64,000 nt of DNA from positions 29,328,001 through 29,392,000 of the forward strand of contig NC_045697.1 in assembly GCF_009834535.1 (NCBI RefSeq), read 5' to 3'. The first letter of the stretch is position 1. Every line of letters starts with the position of its first letter. The DNA is from Camelus ferus. Its lineage: Eukaryota. The notes under the pieces were generated by a model. That model worked only from the letters and a program-made list of their open reading frames with translations. It did no database searches and was not told where the DNA came from. Positions 1-12,540 of this stretch are shown in pieces. The position numbers and the translations under genes are program-made.

Positions 1-288
1 TAGTAGGAGTTGGTACTGCATCACAAGGAGGACATGGTAGCGGAGAGGAAAAACGCAAAACTAAAGGACACGTACAGGAGTACGCGGGGAGGATTATCTT
101 TACCCAAAGAATTGAAGTGGGAAGGAGAATATTATATTAAAATAAACACAGATATGTGATAGAGGAAGATACAAAATTCTCATTAGATAACAAAACTTAT
201 TCCCTGTTTTCACAGACTCATTGAATCTCAAGTTGGGAAGGGATCAAAGAGTCATTTTGACACCTCAGCCATATCTGATGCTTTAAAA

Positions 289-491
289 CAGAGTTTGTCA
301 ATTTTTTTTCTGTAAAGGGCCAGATAGTAAATATTTTAGGCTTTAAAGGGCACGGTCTCTGTCACAACTGCTCCATTATGCCACTGTAGCATGAAAGCAC
401 CATACAGAATATGGTAAAAAATGTGTATGGCTTTGTGTCAGAAACAGGTGGTGAGACAGATTTGGCTTGTGTGCTGTGGTTTGCTGATCCT
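289..491. mobile_element. MER58-like hAT-Charlie DNA transposon remnant
   Basis: Contains 'ttttctgtaaagggccagatagtaaatattttaggcttt', recalled as the MER58A signature, and ends in a TIR-like 'tttgctgatcct'. Boundaries approximate. Confidence 0.7.
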
Positions 492-573
492 ACGACATCC
501 AGACAATTCCTATAACCTCTGCTAACATCTGCAGTAACAGGAAATACAATAGTTTACAAGGAAAACCATTCCA

Positions 574-3500
574 ACAACCACTCAAAACCTATGGGACACA
601 GCAAAGGCAGTGCTAAGAGGGAAGTTTATAGCGATACAGGCCTTCCTCAAAAAAGAAGAACAATCTCAAATAAACAATTTAACCCACCACCTGAATGAAT
701 TAGAAAAAGAAGAACAAAAAGCCCCAAAAAGCAGCAGAAGGAAGGAAATAATAAAGGTCAGAGAGGAATTAAATACAATAGAGATTAACAAGACCATAGA
801 AAAAATCAACCAAACCAAAAGCTGGTTTTTTGAAAAAGTAAATAAAATCGACAAACCTCTGGCCAAACTTACAAAGAAGAAAAAAGAGAGCACAAATTAG
901 CAAAATAAGAAAGGAAAATGGAGAAATTACAACAAACAAAATAGAAATACAGAATATCATACAAGAATATTATGAAAAACTATATGGAACCAAACTGGAT
1001 AACCTAGAGGAGATGGACAAGCTTCTGGAAACATACTGTCCACCAAAACTGAATCAAGAAGAATCTGAACACTTGAACAATCCGATCACTAGAAAGGAAA
1101 TAGAAATAGCAATTAAAAACCTCCCTACAAATAAAAGTCCAGGACTGGACGGCTTCACCGGGGAATTCTACCAAACATACAAAGAAGAACTCATACCAGT
1201 CCTTCTCAAACTCTTCCAGACGATTGAAAAGGAGGGAATACTCCCAAACTCATTCTATGAAGCCACCATCACCCTGATACCAAAACCAGGCAAAGACACT
1301 ACAAAAAAAGAGAATTATAGGCCAATATCACTGATGAACATAGACGCCAAAATCCTCACCAAAATTTTAGCAAATAGAATCCAACAACACATAAAAAAGA
1401 TTATACATCATGACCAAGTGGGGTTCATCCCAGGGACACAAGGCTGGTTCAACATACGCAAATCAATCAGTGTAATACATCACATCAACAAGAGAAAGGA
1501 CAAAAACCACATGATCATCTCAATCGATGCAGAAAAAGCATCTGATAAAATTCAACACCCATTTATGATAAAAACGCTCGCCAAAGTGGGTATAGAGGGA
1601 ACATATCTCAACATAATAAAAGCTATATATGACAAACCTACAGCCAGCATAGTACTCAACAGTGAAAAACTCAAAAGCTTCCCACTAAAATCTGGGACAA
1701 GACAAGGATGCCCACTATCACCACTCCTATTCAACATAGTCCTGGAAGTCCTAGCCACAGCAGTCAGGCAAGAGAAAGAAATAAAAGGGACCCAAATTGG
1801 AAAAGAAGAGGTAAAAGTGTCATTATATGCTGATGACATGTTACTATATATAGAAAACCCTAAAAGGTCCACACAAAAGCTACTAGAGCTGATTGAAGAA
1901 TTCAGCAAGGTAGCAGGTTACAAAATTAACGTTCAAAAATCAGTTGCATTTCTTTACACTAACGATAAATCAACAGAAGAAGAAAGTAAAGAAACAATCC
2001 CCTTTAAAATAGCACCCAAAGTAATAAAATATCTGGGAATAAATCTAACCAAGGAGGTGAAAGAATTATACACAGAAAACTATAAACCATTGATGAAGGA
2101 AATTAAAGAAGACTTTAAAAAATGGAAAGATATTCCATGCTCTTGGATTGGAATAATCAATATTGTTAAAATGGTCACACTGCCCAAGGCAATCTACAGA
2201 TTTAATGCAATCCCTATCCAATTACCCAGGACATATTTCACAGAACTAGAAAAAATCATAATAAAATTTATATGGAACCATCAAAGACCTAGAATTGCCA
2301 AAGCATTACTGAAGAGAAAGAAAGAGGCTGGAGGAATAACTCTCCCAGACTTCAGACAATACTATAGAGCTACAGTCATCAAGACAGCATGGTATTGGTA
2401 CCAAAACAGACATATAGACCAATGGAACAGAATAGAGAGCCCAGAAATGAACCCACAAACTTTTGGTCAACTCATCTTCGACAAAGGAGGCAAGAATATA
2501 CAATGGAACAAAGACAGTCTCTTCAGCAAATAGTGTTGGGAAAACTGGACAGCAGCATGTAAAACAATGAAGCTAGAACACTCCCTTACACCATATACAA
2601 AAATCAACTCAAAATGGATTAAAGACTTAAACATAAGACAAGATACAATAAACCTCCTAGAGGAAAACATAGGCAAAACATTATCTGACATACATTTCAA
2701 AAATTTTCTCCTAGAAGAAATAAAAGCAAGAATAAACAAATGGGACCTAATGAAACTTACAAGCTTCTGCACAGCAAAGGAAACCAGAAGTAAAACAAGA
2801 AGAAAACCTACGGAATGGGAGAAAATTTTTGCACGTGAAACCAACAAAGGCTTGATCTCCAGAATATATAAGCAGCTCATACGACTCAATAAGAAAAAAA
2901 TAAACAACCCAATCCAAAAATGGGCAGAAGACCTAAACAAACAATTCTCCAAGGAAGACATACAAATGATCAAAAAGCACATGAAAAAATGCTCAATATC
3001 ACTAATTATCAGAGAAATGCAAATCAAAACTACAATGAGGTATCACCTCACACCAGTCAGAATGGCCGTCATTCAAAAATCCACAAATGACAAATGCTGG
3101 AGAGGCTGTGGAGAAAGGGGAACCCTCCTACACTGCTGGTGGGAATGCAGTTTGGTGCAGCCACTATGGAAAACAGTGTGGAGATTCCTCAAAAGACTAG
3201 GAATAGACTTACCGTATGACCCAGGAATCCCACTCCTGGGCTTGTATCCAGAAGGAAATCTACTTCAGGATGACACCTGCACCCCAATGTTTATAGCAGC
3301 ACTATTTACAATAGCCAAAACATGGAAACAGCCTAAATGTCCATCAACAGGTGACTGGATAAAGAAGAGGTGGTATATTTATACAATGGAATACTACTCA
3401 GCCATAAAAACCGACAACATAATGCCATTTGCAGCAACATGGATGCTCCTGGAGAATGTCATTCTAAGTGAAGTAAGCCAGAAAGAGAAAGAAAAATACC

Positions 3501-3861
3501 ATAGGAGATCACTCATATGTGGAATCTAAAAAACAAAAACAAAAACAAACAAACAAACAAAAACAAAGTGTAAATAAAGGACAGAAATAGACTCACAGAC
3601 AGAGAATACAGACTTGTGGTTACCAGGGGGGTGCAGGGTGGGAAGGGATAGACTGGGATTTCAAAATTGTAGAATAATAAACAAGATTACACTGTATAGC
3701 ACAGGGAAATATACACAAAATGTTATGATAACTCACAGAGAAAAAAATGTGACAATGAGTGTGTATATGTCCATGAATGACTGAAAAATTGTGCTGAACA
3801 CTGGAATTTGACACAACATTGTAAAATGATTATAAATCAATAAAAAATGTTAAAAAAAAAA
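574..3861 (+). mobile_element. Young 5'-truncated LINE-1: most of ORF2, 3' UTR and poly(A), with 13-bp TSD
   Basis: ORFs 610-900, 1013-2533 and 2567-3529 encode L1 ORF2p: Z domain PGLDGF, RT motifs QGCPLSP and YADD, and the C-terminal [13 protein letters not shown]. One frameshift (~885) and one TAG (2531). AATAAA at 3839, A-tail 3852-3861. Perfect TSD gaaaaccattcca at 561-573 and 3862-3874. Confidence 0.97.
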
Positions 3862-3938
3862 GAAAACCATTCCATTTTTGTATAATTGTGATTACAGTAA
3901 GGCATTCTCTATATTGAGTCAAAATATGCTTTTAGTGT

Positions 3939-4294
3939 TGTTATGGACTGAAAGTTTGTGTCCTCCAAAAATCTGTATTGTGAAATGTGACCCCCAATGT
4001 AATAATATTTGTAGGAGGCAACTTCAGGAGATACCTAGGTCATGACAGTGGAGCCCTCATGAATGTAATTAAGTGCCTGTGCAAGAAGAGGCTAGAGAAC
4101 TAGCTCACTTGGTTCTCTTCCCTACCACGTGAGGGCACAACAGGAAGTCAGTAGTCTGCCACCCAGATAAGGGCAGCCAGCAGAACCTGATCATGCTGGC
4201 ACCCTCATCTCAGACTTCCAGCCTCTGAGAAAGAAATTTCCATTTATAGACCATCTAGTCTATGGTACTTTGTTATAGCACCTGAACTAAGACA
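3939..4294 (+). mobile_element. MaLR solo LTR (MLT1A-like)
   Basis: TG...CA termini (tgttatggactgaa ... tttgttatagca..ctaagaca) and the internal motif 'ctcagacttccagcctc'. Degenerate 5-bp TSD agtgt/ggtat. Confidence 0.8.
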
Positions 4295-5655
4295 GGTATT
4301 ATCTTAATGTTTGTTTATTTGTTTGTTTGTTTGTTCTTGTTGTTTGAGGTGCTGTAACCTAATGATTTAGAACACGATGCTTTTTTTTTTTTAAAGACAG
4401 CTTCTGTTTCTAGTCAAGATGAAGTAACAAGGACCTGACTTACTCTCCCACCTGAAGCAACTGAACAACTGAACATAATGTAGGAAAAAACAGCCTTCAA
4501 GATATTGACACTAGGCAACCAAGGACATTGATCTCTGAGAGCTGGGAAACAAATGATGGCACAGAATTAACAGAGCGGAGTCCAGGATCAGAGAGAGCAG
4601 CACAGAGAGGCAACTCTGGAGGTCTGCAGAGGGTCCCCTTTAGTTTTTGGTTGAGTGCCGATCGATAAATGTGTGTGAGGAAATTACCCAGAGTCAGGGA
4701 AAGAACCACCTGCAGGGATTAGAGGGAAGAGTAAACAGTCCTTGGAGCTCACTAAGGGCCAGAAATAGCCCCTGTTCCTAACAGCCAGAGTAGAAAATTT
4801 CATAATTTACATTATACTGGAGGAGTCTTGTCTCAGTGGTGGGGAAAAATTATTCCTAGACTAAATGCTGCTGTGGTCCTGGATAAATAAACTTAAGAGT
4901 TAGAGCTGAAAGGATCTGTTTCCAATAAACTTAACTGAGTTCCAGAATAACTCAGTCAAGTTCCTTATAATATTTATAAAATTATGAAATTATTCAGCTC
5001 TCAACAAGGTAAATTTTACAATGTCTTGTATCAAATAAAAAATTACTAAGCATTCAAAGAAGCAGAAAAATACAATCCATACTGAGGACATAAATAGATC
5101 AAAACTAACCTAAAAATGACACAGGTGATATAATTAGTAGACAAGGACATTGGAACATACGTTCAAGAAACTGGAGAAAAGACTGAACAGGTTAAGTAGA
5201 GAATGGAAGGTATATTTTGATATCTACATTGAAATTCTAGAGATGAAATTTAAATGCCTGAGATTAAAAAAATACACTTGAAATTAATGGCAAATTAGAC
5301 ATTATGAGGAATGTAAAAGCATTATAATAGGAAAATATTCAAAATTAAACACAGAGAGAAAAACTGGGACGAAAAAAGAGCATCAGTGAACTTACAGAAA
5401 AACTTCAAGTAGCTAAAGTATGTACAATTGGAATCACTGAAAGAAAGGAGAGATTAGAGAATAAAACGTACTTGGAGAAACAATGGCTGAAAAATTTCCA
5501 TGTTTGATGAAAACTATAAATTCACAGATACAATAGGTTCAATGACTTCCAGCACAAGACATATGAAGAAAACTACACCAGGGATAAATAACCAAGGATA
5601 ACGAGAAAACGCTGAAAAGAAAAAAGACAATTATGTACAGAGGAACAAAGATAAG

Positions 5656-6250
5656 TGTATTAGCAATCTATTGCTCCATAATAATTATCTGTAATAACAA
5701 GCATTTATTATCTCGCAGTTTCTTTGGATCAGGAATGCCAGAGAAGCTTAGCTCAGTGGTTCTGACTCAGCGTCTGTCATGACGTCATAAGTTGTGACAA
5801 GGGCTCCAATCACTGAAGCCTTCTCTGGGGCTGAAAGATCCCCTTCAAATATCACTCAGGCGCTATTGGTAGGAGGCCTCATTTTTTTCCGGCTATTGGC
5901 CAGAGGCCTCAGTTCTTTCTGGGTTGCTGCACTGGTAAGTGCCCTTACAGCATGGCAGCTGGCTTCCCCCAGAGACAGTGAAAAAGGGAAAAGAGTGAGG
6001 CAAAAGTCACGTAGTTCATAACCCAGCCTTGAAAGTTACATAGCATCACTTCTTCCACATATGTGGTTCACAGCTCTCTTGATACAATGTGACAGAGAAC
6101 TATTACAAGGACATAAAAACCAAGAGGCAAGGATCTTTAAAGGCCATCTTGAAGGCTGGGTACCACAGTCTGCCTTCTGGACCCAAATGATTCACTTTCT
6201 TCCCATTAGCAAAATATATTTACCTCTTTCAAGGCCTCCAAAAATTTCAT
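5656..6250. mobile_element. MaLR (old MLT1-type) LTR plus short internal fragment inserted in the old L1
   Basis: Starts 'tgtattagc..ctattgct' and contains 'catttattatctcgcagtttct..ggatcaggaat', typical of older MLT1 LTRs. Confidence 0.6.
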
Positions 6251-7042
6251 TCCAAAGTAAGCAGAAGAAAGAAAATAATAAAGATCAGAGTGGAAATCAA
6301 GGAAATAGAAAAAAAAGAAAATAAAAGAAAGAAATCCACGGAACCAGAAGATAGTCCTTTGAGAAGATCAATAAAATTGATAAACATCTCATCAAATTAA
6401 ACAGGAAAAAAAGAGAGAAGATACAAATTACCAGCATCAGAAATGAGAGAGGTGACATCACTACAAGTATTATAGCTAGTAAATGATAAAGAGAATATTA
6501 ACTTTATTCTAATAAATTTAACAATTTAGATGAAATTGATAACTTTTTTCAAAGACACAAACCAAAAAAGTTCACTCAGGAAGAAACTGATAACCTGAAT
6601 AGCCCTATTATCTTTTAAAGGATGGAATCTGTCATGAAAAAAGGTTTTCACAGAGAGACTCTAGGTCCAGATGTCTCCATTGATGTACACCGCTAAACAT
6701 TTAAATAAGAAATTATACCAATTCTATGCAAATTCTTCTAAAAAACTGAAGAGGATTGAATACTTCTTAACTAATTCTATGAGAACAGTGTTACTCTGAT
6801 ACCAAAAACTAGAGAAAAACATTATGACAAAGAAAATTACAAACCAATATCCCCCATGAGCATAGAAACAAGAATTGAGAACAAAATTTTCATAAATTGA
6901 ATCCATTAATATATAAAAAAAGAATAATGCATCATAAGCAAGTGGGATTTATTTGCAGAATACAAGAGTGGTCTAAAATTTGAAAATCAGTCAATATAAT
7001 TTATCGTATTAACAGTCAAAAAGGAAAAAAAAAGGATATAAA

Positions 7043-7286
7043 TCCAGGGTCAGGACTAAGGTAAATAAAGTGATTCTAGTGAGGCACTTATGTTTGGCTC
7101 AAAATTTAAGGAGGTACCAAGAAACTCAGTAATCAAGATAAATGATATTTTAATGTACTATTTTAAAAAATAAAACTTAATGCAAAATATTCTTGAATGA
7201 AGTAACAAAAATTTTAAAAAAAAGGAAGAGTTGGTATGACTGATTTTTCCTTTTGCTTCAGGCTCTAATATAGCTCAGCCATTGTT
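7043..7286. mobile_element. Non-autonomous hAT-type DNA transposon remnant (family not assigned)
   Basis: Recalled repeat motif 'aaaatttaaggaggtaccaagaaactcagtaatcaagataaatgatattttaatg'. It splits L1 sequence. Confidence 0.45.
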
Positions 7287-7584
7287 AGATTCCATTTATA
7301 TAAAGTTCTGAAAAATGCAAACTAATCTACAGGGACAGAAAGCAGATCAATAGTTGCCTGGGGCTGAGGGAGGGCAAGGAGGCGGAAGAGGGAGGGATTC
7401 CTAAGGATCACAAGGAAACTTCTTGGGGTGATGGATAAGTTTATTATACTGATTGTGCTAAATGATTTTCTCAGAGAAACCCGTAAGTCACAACTTATCA
7501 AATTATACACTTCAAATATGTGCAGTTTATTGTGTATCAACTTTACCACAACAAAGCTGCTTAAAAAAGAAAAGAGAAAAAAAT

Positions 7585-7950
7585 TGCTTTGTGACCCTGG
7601 GAAAGTACTTTTCCAAATATCAGTTTCTTTATCTCTAAAATGGGAGAAATTGGGGTACCTATCTCGTAAGGTTGGCATGAGAATTAAAAGGGTAGAATGA
7701 ACAGTCAATGTAACAACACAGCCCAGTGGTTAAGTGTATACATTTCAGAATTAGATTCCTTGGGTCTGAATCCCAGCTCTAAAACTTACTATCTATATGA
7801 CCTCAGGCTAGTTACCAAACTTTATGTCTAGTAATAAAAGTGCTTAACTCACAGGTTTATTGTCAGGTTTGATGATAAATACTTCTGTAAAAGTGTTTAG
7901 TAGTGCCTTGTACATAGTAAGTGGTTAATAAGTGCTAGTTGTCATCATTA
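7585..7950 (+). mobile_element. MIR SINE remnants (two copies)
   Basis: Core-like 'cagtttctttatctctaaaatggga' and 'gggtctgaatcccagctct...tgacctcaggctagttac'. Confidence 0.65.
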
Positions 7951-8336
7951 TGTTTATTTGCCAAATGAAACAATTCAGAACAAATCAGATGCTTCTTTCC
8001 TTTAAGAATTTGAAAATGACTGCTCCAGGAGATTAATAATCCTCAGATCTTTTAGCCATTTCTCAGCAGTCAGTTTTCAGACTCCTCACCCTTCAACAAT
8101 GCAATTACCCTTTGGAAGTGTTTCAGTTTGTTGATGTTATTATCCTTTTAAAATGTGATGTCTGTATCTGACTGGCTTCTAGTGGAGGGGAGCTTTTACT
8201 CCCTCGGTCTACAGCTACTTTGCTCTGAACAATCAATTTCCACTTAAGCACCTCTTTCTCAGCTACGCATCACTATTAATAACATTGCAGCCAAGGTTTA
8301 GCCCTGAAGCTTTTTCGTATCTGCTGCCATTCAGCT

Positions 8337-8473
8337 CTACTTGCTTGCTTGCTTGCTTACTTACTTACTTACTTTATTATTTTAAAAAAAACTTAGTTGG
8401 GGTACTGGGGATTGAACCCAGGACCTTTTGCATGCTAAGCATGTACTCTACCACAGAGCAATATCCACCTCCC
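8337..8473 (-). mobile_element. tRNA-Ala-derived SINE (camelid Vic-1 type) with (TAAG/CAAG)n tail
   Basis: The - strand reads gggaggtggatattgctctgtggtagagtacatgcttagcatgcaaaaggtcctgggttcaatccccagtacc, with Pol III A and B boxes, followed by a simple-repeat tail. Degenerate flanking duplication ctctacttgctt/ctctgcttactt. Confidence 0.85.
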
Positions 8474-9844
8474 TCTGCTTACTTCATTTCTTACGCAAAA
8501 TAACGAGGTCTTACTTTTTTAAAACTTTAATTTCTTTAAGACTCGAACGGGTAAGGTTTTTCATTGTTTGTGTCTTTCATTTTCTTGATGTGCTGCCCAT
8601 TGTACTTGAAATATTATTTGTAGGAATAATTTGAGACCTGGATGAAGGGTTCTTTCCTCCAAAGAAGATGTGCATTTATTTTTGCCAGTTCCCTTTGGGC
8701 ACAACCAGTATGAAATCAACAAGTCCTAGACATGAGATTCCCAAACTCACACAGAAGGTCTGACTGATGTCTTGTTTACTTCTGGTTCAGCCTGACCCTA
8801 AGGGTGTAGCTCTTTGGGCTCCCAGCTGTGGGGAAGGTCTCTTACTAGACTGCATTTCTGCAGATACTGTGCTTTCATTTCTGACCTTCTCACCTGTAAA
8901 GGCCATCTCTATGAAGGTTCAAATTTGCTAGAATGAACAAATGCCCTCAGAACAAAAGCAGATTCTGTACCCTGATCACCTTTCTGGGTTCTTAGCCTTT
9001 TTATTTCTTGCTATTTTGTCAGATCTTTGAAGCATCTAATTGGCGTTTTCGTATTTTTCCAGAAATTTTTTGTTTTGTTTTCTATAGGAACGTTAATTTG
9101 AAAAATCTAGTCCACAATTACAGGTAATGAAAACTCACCCACACCACCTCAACTCTTTGAGAAGAAAACAGAACCAGAGAAAACCAACCAGAGCCTAAGA
9201 AACGCAGCAGGTCCTTCAGAGTGTGTTGTGTGGCCCTGTGCAAAGCAGAGAGGAGAAGAGTGAGGGGAGTATGTGAAGTTGTGGTGAAGGAAGATGGGAG
9301 GATCTTAAGAGTTTTTGGGTGCAAGAGAATTTTAAATAGTGAAGATTATTTATTACAATTTTTTTTAAATAGTCAAGATTTAAAATAAGAGCTACTATGT
9401 ACTTGTACTTGGACCCCCTTAAACACTTGGGAGAATAGAAAGTGACGTATCTATTTTGGCTGACTTCCTTAAAGCAGTATCATTCTGATTGCGCTACAGA
9501 ATCATGGCTTTATCAACCTCATACGTTCTTGTTTACTACAGCTGATTAAGAGAAAAGGGAAGGAGGACATAGAAGGGAGGGAGAGAGAAGCAGAGGTACC
9601 AAGAGCAAAGCTATGAAGACATTTCTTGTCAGTAGTATTAAGCACCTGCTCCATGTGAGAGAGAGCAAAAGGCTGAATGAAACATGACCTCTGTCCACTA
9701 GAAGTTCATTGTCCAGTGATGGAGAACAATACATCATCAAGTAATTCTAATACAATCCAGATCTAACCAAGTTTTATTGAGCTTCAACTAAGTGCCAGTG
9801 CTTTCTAAGAAAGAAAAAAAGCAACCCCTGACATCCAGCAATTG

Positions 9845-10400
9845 ACTTTAAACTTATAGCTAGGCTGGAGTGTGCTCAGAAGCTGGCCTGGAGCTCACAG
9901 CTAGGTCAAGTTATTCTCCTGTTGGACATAAACAATCTCACAGAACATCAGAATTAGTCAAGGTCACTCTGGGGCCATGAGAAAGTGAGACAAAACAAGA
10001 CCACTTAATAATTTTGTCTAGGCATGGACAAAAACAAAGTCACTGTACAACCCACAAAATCCCAAATGGCTCCGTTTTCAGCTAATAGGATTCAGTACCA
10101 TTCCTTTACCTTTAGAATTTAACCTCACTCTACCGTCCCTATAAATAAATATTGAGATACACAGTCATTAATTGTCCCTGCATTCTAACAGCACTCAATC
10201 CAGGGTCAACCCTGCTTCCTGGACCCTCCCATAAATCACCCAACCACAGCCCAAATCCTAAAATAGGCCCTTTCTTTAACACCCTCTTACTGAGAGACCC
10301 TCCTCTTCCCCATTCCCTTACAATGACAGTACAATGAGTGATAAACCCAACTTGTTCAACTGTAGGTTTATTCTTGGTGGCTTTGGTCGGAAGTCATCAC
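9845..10400 (+). mobile_element. ERVL-class solo LTR (MER54/MER74-like)
   Basis: Recalled motifs 'acataaacaatctcacagaacatca', 'acaaaacaagaccact' and 'ataaacccaacttgttcaact'. Family assignment tentative. Confidence 0.55.
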
Positions 10401-11454
10401 CATTTCAAATTTATTTTTTAATGTAATCTTTGTAACAAGTGCAACGCCTGAATTTACAGATGATCTTAAGGCTCTTAAGAGATTAATTTAATTCAGAATT
10501 ACAGGCAGAAAGAGACTAACCTGTGTTCAAAAGGGATTTGAACACAGGCCCTTCGAATGTTTCCTACTATCTCAAATGACTGAAGACAAGAAAGATAGTT
10601 TTCAAATGTCCAAAAGGAGACAAAAGATTTTTTCATTCACCCTCTTTCAGTGCCACTTTCATGGAGCAATATCTCCATCTTGTGATATTTTATAATGAAG
10701 GTTTTTAATGAATTGGATTATGCAATCATTCATATGCAACCAAGACTTGAGAATACATCTTGTTATTTGCTCCACAGGCAAAATAAAATTGATCCATTCA
10801 ATTGAAAACTATAGTATATGAGAAAAGAAATGTCTTTTGTCATCTACAGTACTTTTATTTCCCCCTCAGACAATCTTATTGTCTCCTCTCACTTTAAAAT
10901 AATGTCTTTCCTTAAGATGACTAAAGATCATATAAAGCCTATTGGTTGTCTCTGTGTCAAAGATGAGATGAGAGACTTTTCATTGAATATTCTCTTGTAT
11001 ATTTAAAAAATTTAAAACCATGTGAATATATGACCAATTCAAAACATAAATTAAAAATTTTAAAGGTCAAAAATAAAATATACATGTATATCCCTTTCAC
11101 TTTTTTTTAAAGATAAGTAGAATCTGCAATGAGCCTACAGAGAATGAAATGAATTCCCTTTTGGCTTTTCATTCATCAGTTGTAATTGACCCAGATTCCT
11201 TAAATATGAGACTGTAGCAACAGGAGAGAAATACACAGACTAGGAAGAAGAACGCAAGTAAAAAATGATAAGGAGTGGATATAAATGCAATAGATAAAGA
11301 CAAACATTTCATGCTAGAGCATATGAGTATAGCAATGAATATATTCCTAAATAATCATACTACCTGGATTTTAAGAAAACCTTTTCTAAGTCACTTGAAA
11401 GAGTATAACTGTAAATTTAAAACAAGGTAGCATTGGTATATGGAGCAAGTACTG

Positions 11455-11543
11455 TCTTCACATACTTACGCTAAAAAATTACTTGCTGTTTATCTGAAAT
11501 TCAAATTTAACCAAGCATCGTGCAAATTATCTGGTAACCCTAG
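11455..11543. mobile_element. MER53-like hAT remnant (half copy)
   Basis: 'tgtttatctgaaattcaaatttaac...tatctggtaacccta' matches the recalled terminal arm. Confidence 0.55.
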
Positions 11544-12221
11544 CTGAACATTCATTCAAAAAAAAATTATAGACAACTCATCAATTTACCAGCAGGTGGC
11601 CCCCCAAATCTAAGTTTAGAATAAGATAGTATACTCAAACCTAGTGAGAAGTCATTATTGTTTCAGGGTTTTTCTTATTTTGAGTGTTTGTTTGATTGGT
11701 CTGATGTGGTTGGGTTAGTATGAGGGAGGAATGAGAGTTTTTTATTTATATTAAAACATAAAATACTCCTTCCTATCATTTCATATGCCTCTTCATAATC
11801 CTTTAGATTTAAAATGAAAAAAAGTTTGTTTTTTAATATTTTTTCTTTTATGTTTGCTCAAGCATTTAAATGCTGAGGCAACATGTATAATTTCACTATA
11901 AAGTGACTGACATTTCACAAAGGAATATCATACCTACTTAAATTATGTATCCTGAGCATTAGGGCAAGGATCTCCATAAAAATTATATAAACCTTTACCT
12001 CTTTCATGCCATCTGATTTGCTAGGATATTCTAACATTGAGACATGAGCTTTGTTTTGACCCAAAATGCACACACAGTGCTCCCAGTGAAATCATCGATT
12101 CAATAGAATTTTTAGATATGCCACAATTTTATTAACCCTTTGCCAATGCCAAAATGTCTCACTATGTTCAGGTCTATAATTTATTTTCTAAGAAAACAGT
12201 ATTTCAGAAACAAATGTTGTC

Positions 12222-12540
12222 TTAAAGTCTATTTTGTTAGATAATAATACAGCCATTCAAACTCTCTTTTGGTTCTGGTTTGCAAGGCTGTAGTTTTCCA
12301 TCCTTTCACTTTCAATCCATTTATGTCTTTGAATCTAAATATGTCTCTTGTAGCCAGCTTATAGTTGGATTTTCAAATCCATTCTACTAACCTCTGCTTT
12401 TTAGTTGGAGCATTTAATCCACTTACATTTAATGTAATTACAGATTAGGTAGGATTTATATCAACAATATTTCTATTTGTTTTCTGTATGTCTTATTTCT
12501 CTGTTCTTTTACTCCTCCATTTCTGCCTTCTTTTGATAAA
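12222..12540 (-). mobile_element. Old L1 fragment
   Basis: T-rich antisense L1 signature 'tttccatcctttcactttcaa..tgtctcttgtag..catttaatgtaatta'. Confidence 0.55.

Larger units (their letters stand above)
4400..7570 (+). mobile_element. Ancient decayed L1 (L1M class): 5' region, ORF1, ORF2 and 3' remnants, interrupted by later insertions
   Basis: Degenerate ORF1-like (5100-5650) and ORF2-like (6255-7030, e.g. 'gagaagatcaataaaattgataaac') A-rich sequence, plus an L1MC/ME-type 3' end at 7290-7570. No open frames. Confidence 0.7.

Noticed and set aside
1..140. Short open frame at the window edge (VGVGTASQGGHGSGEEK...)
   Set aside because: No recognisable homology or splice context; likely purine-rich repeat debris.
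666..3027. Long hydrophobic - strand ORFs (666-893, 1552-1908, 2467-3027) and similar ones over other L1s
   Set aside because: Antisense shadows of A-rich L1 ORF2, not genes.
8400..8473. Possible tRNA-Ala genes (here and at ~35170-35238)
   Set aside because: Degenerate stems, simple-repeat tails and TSDs identify them as SINE heads.
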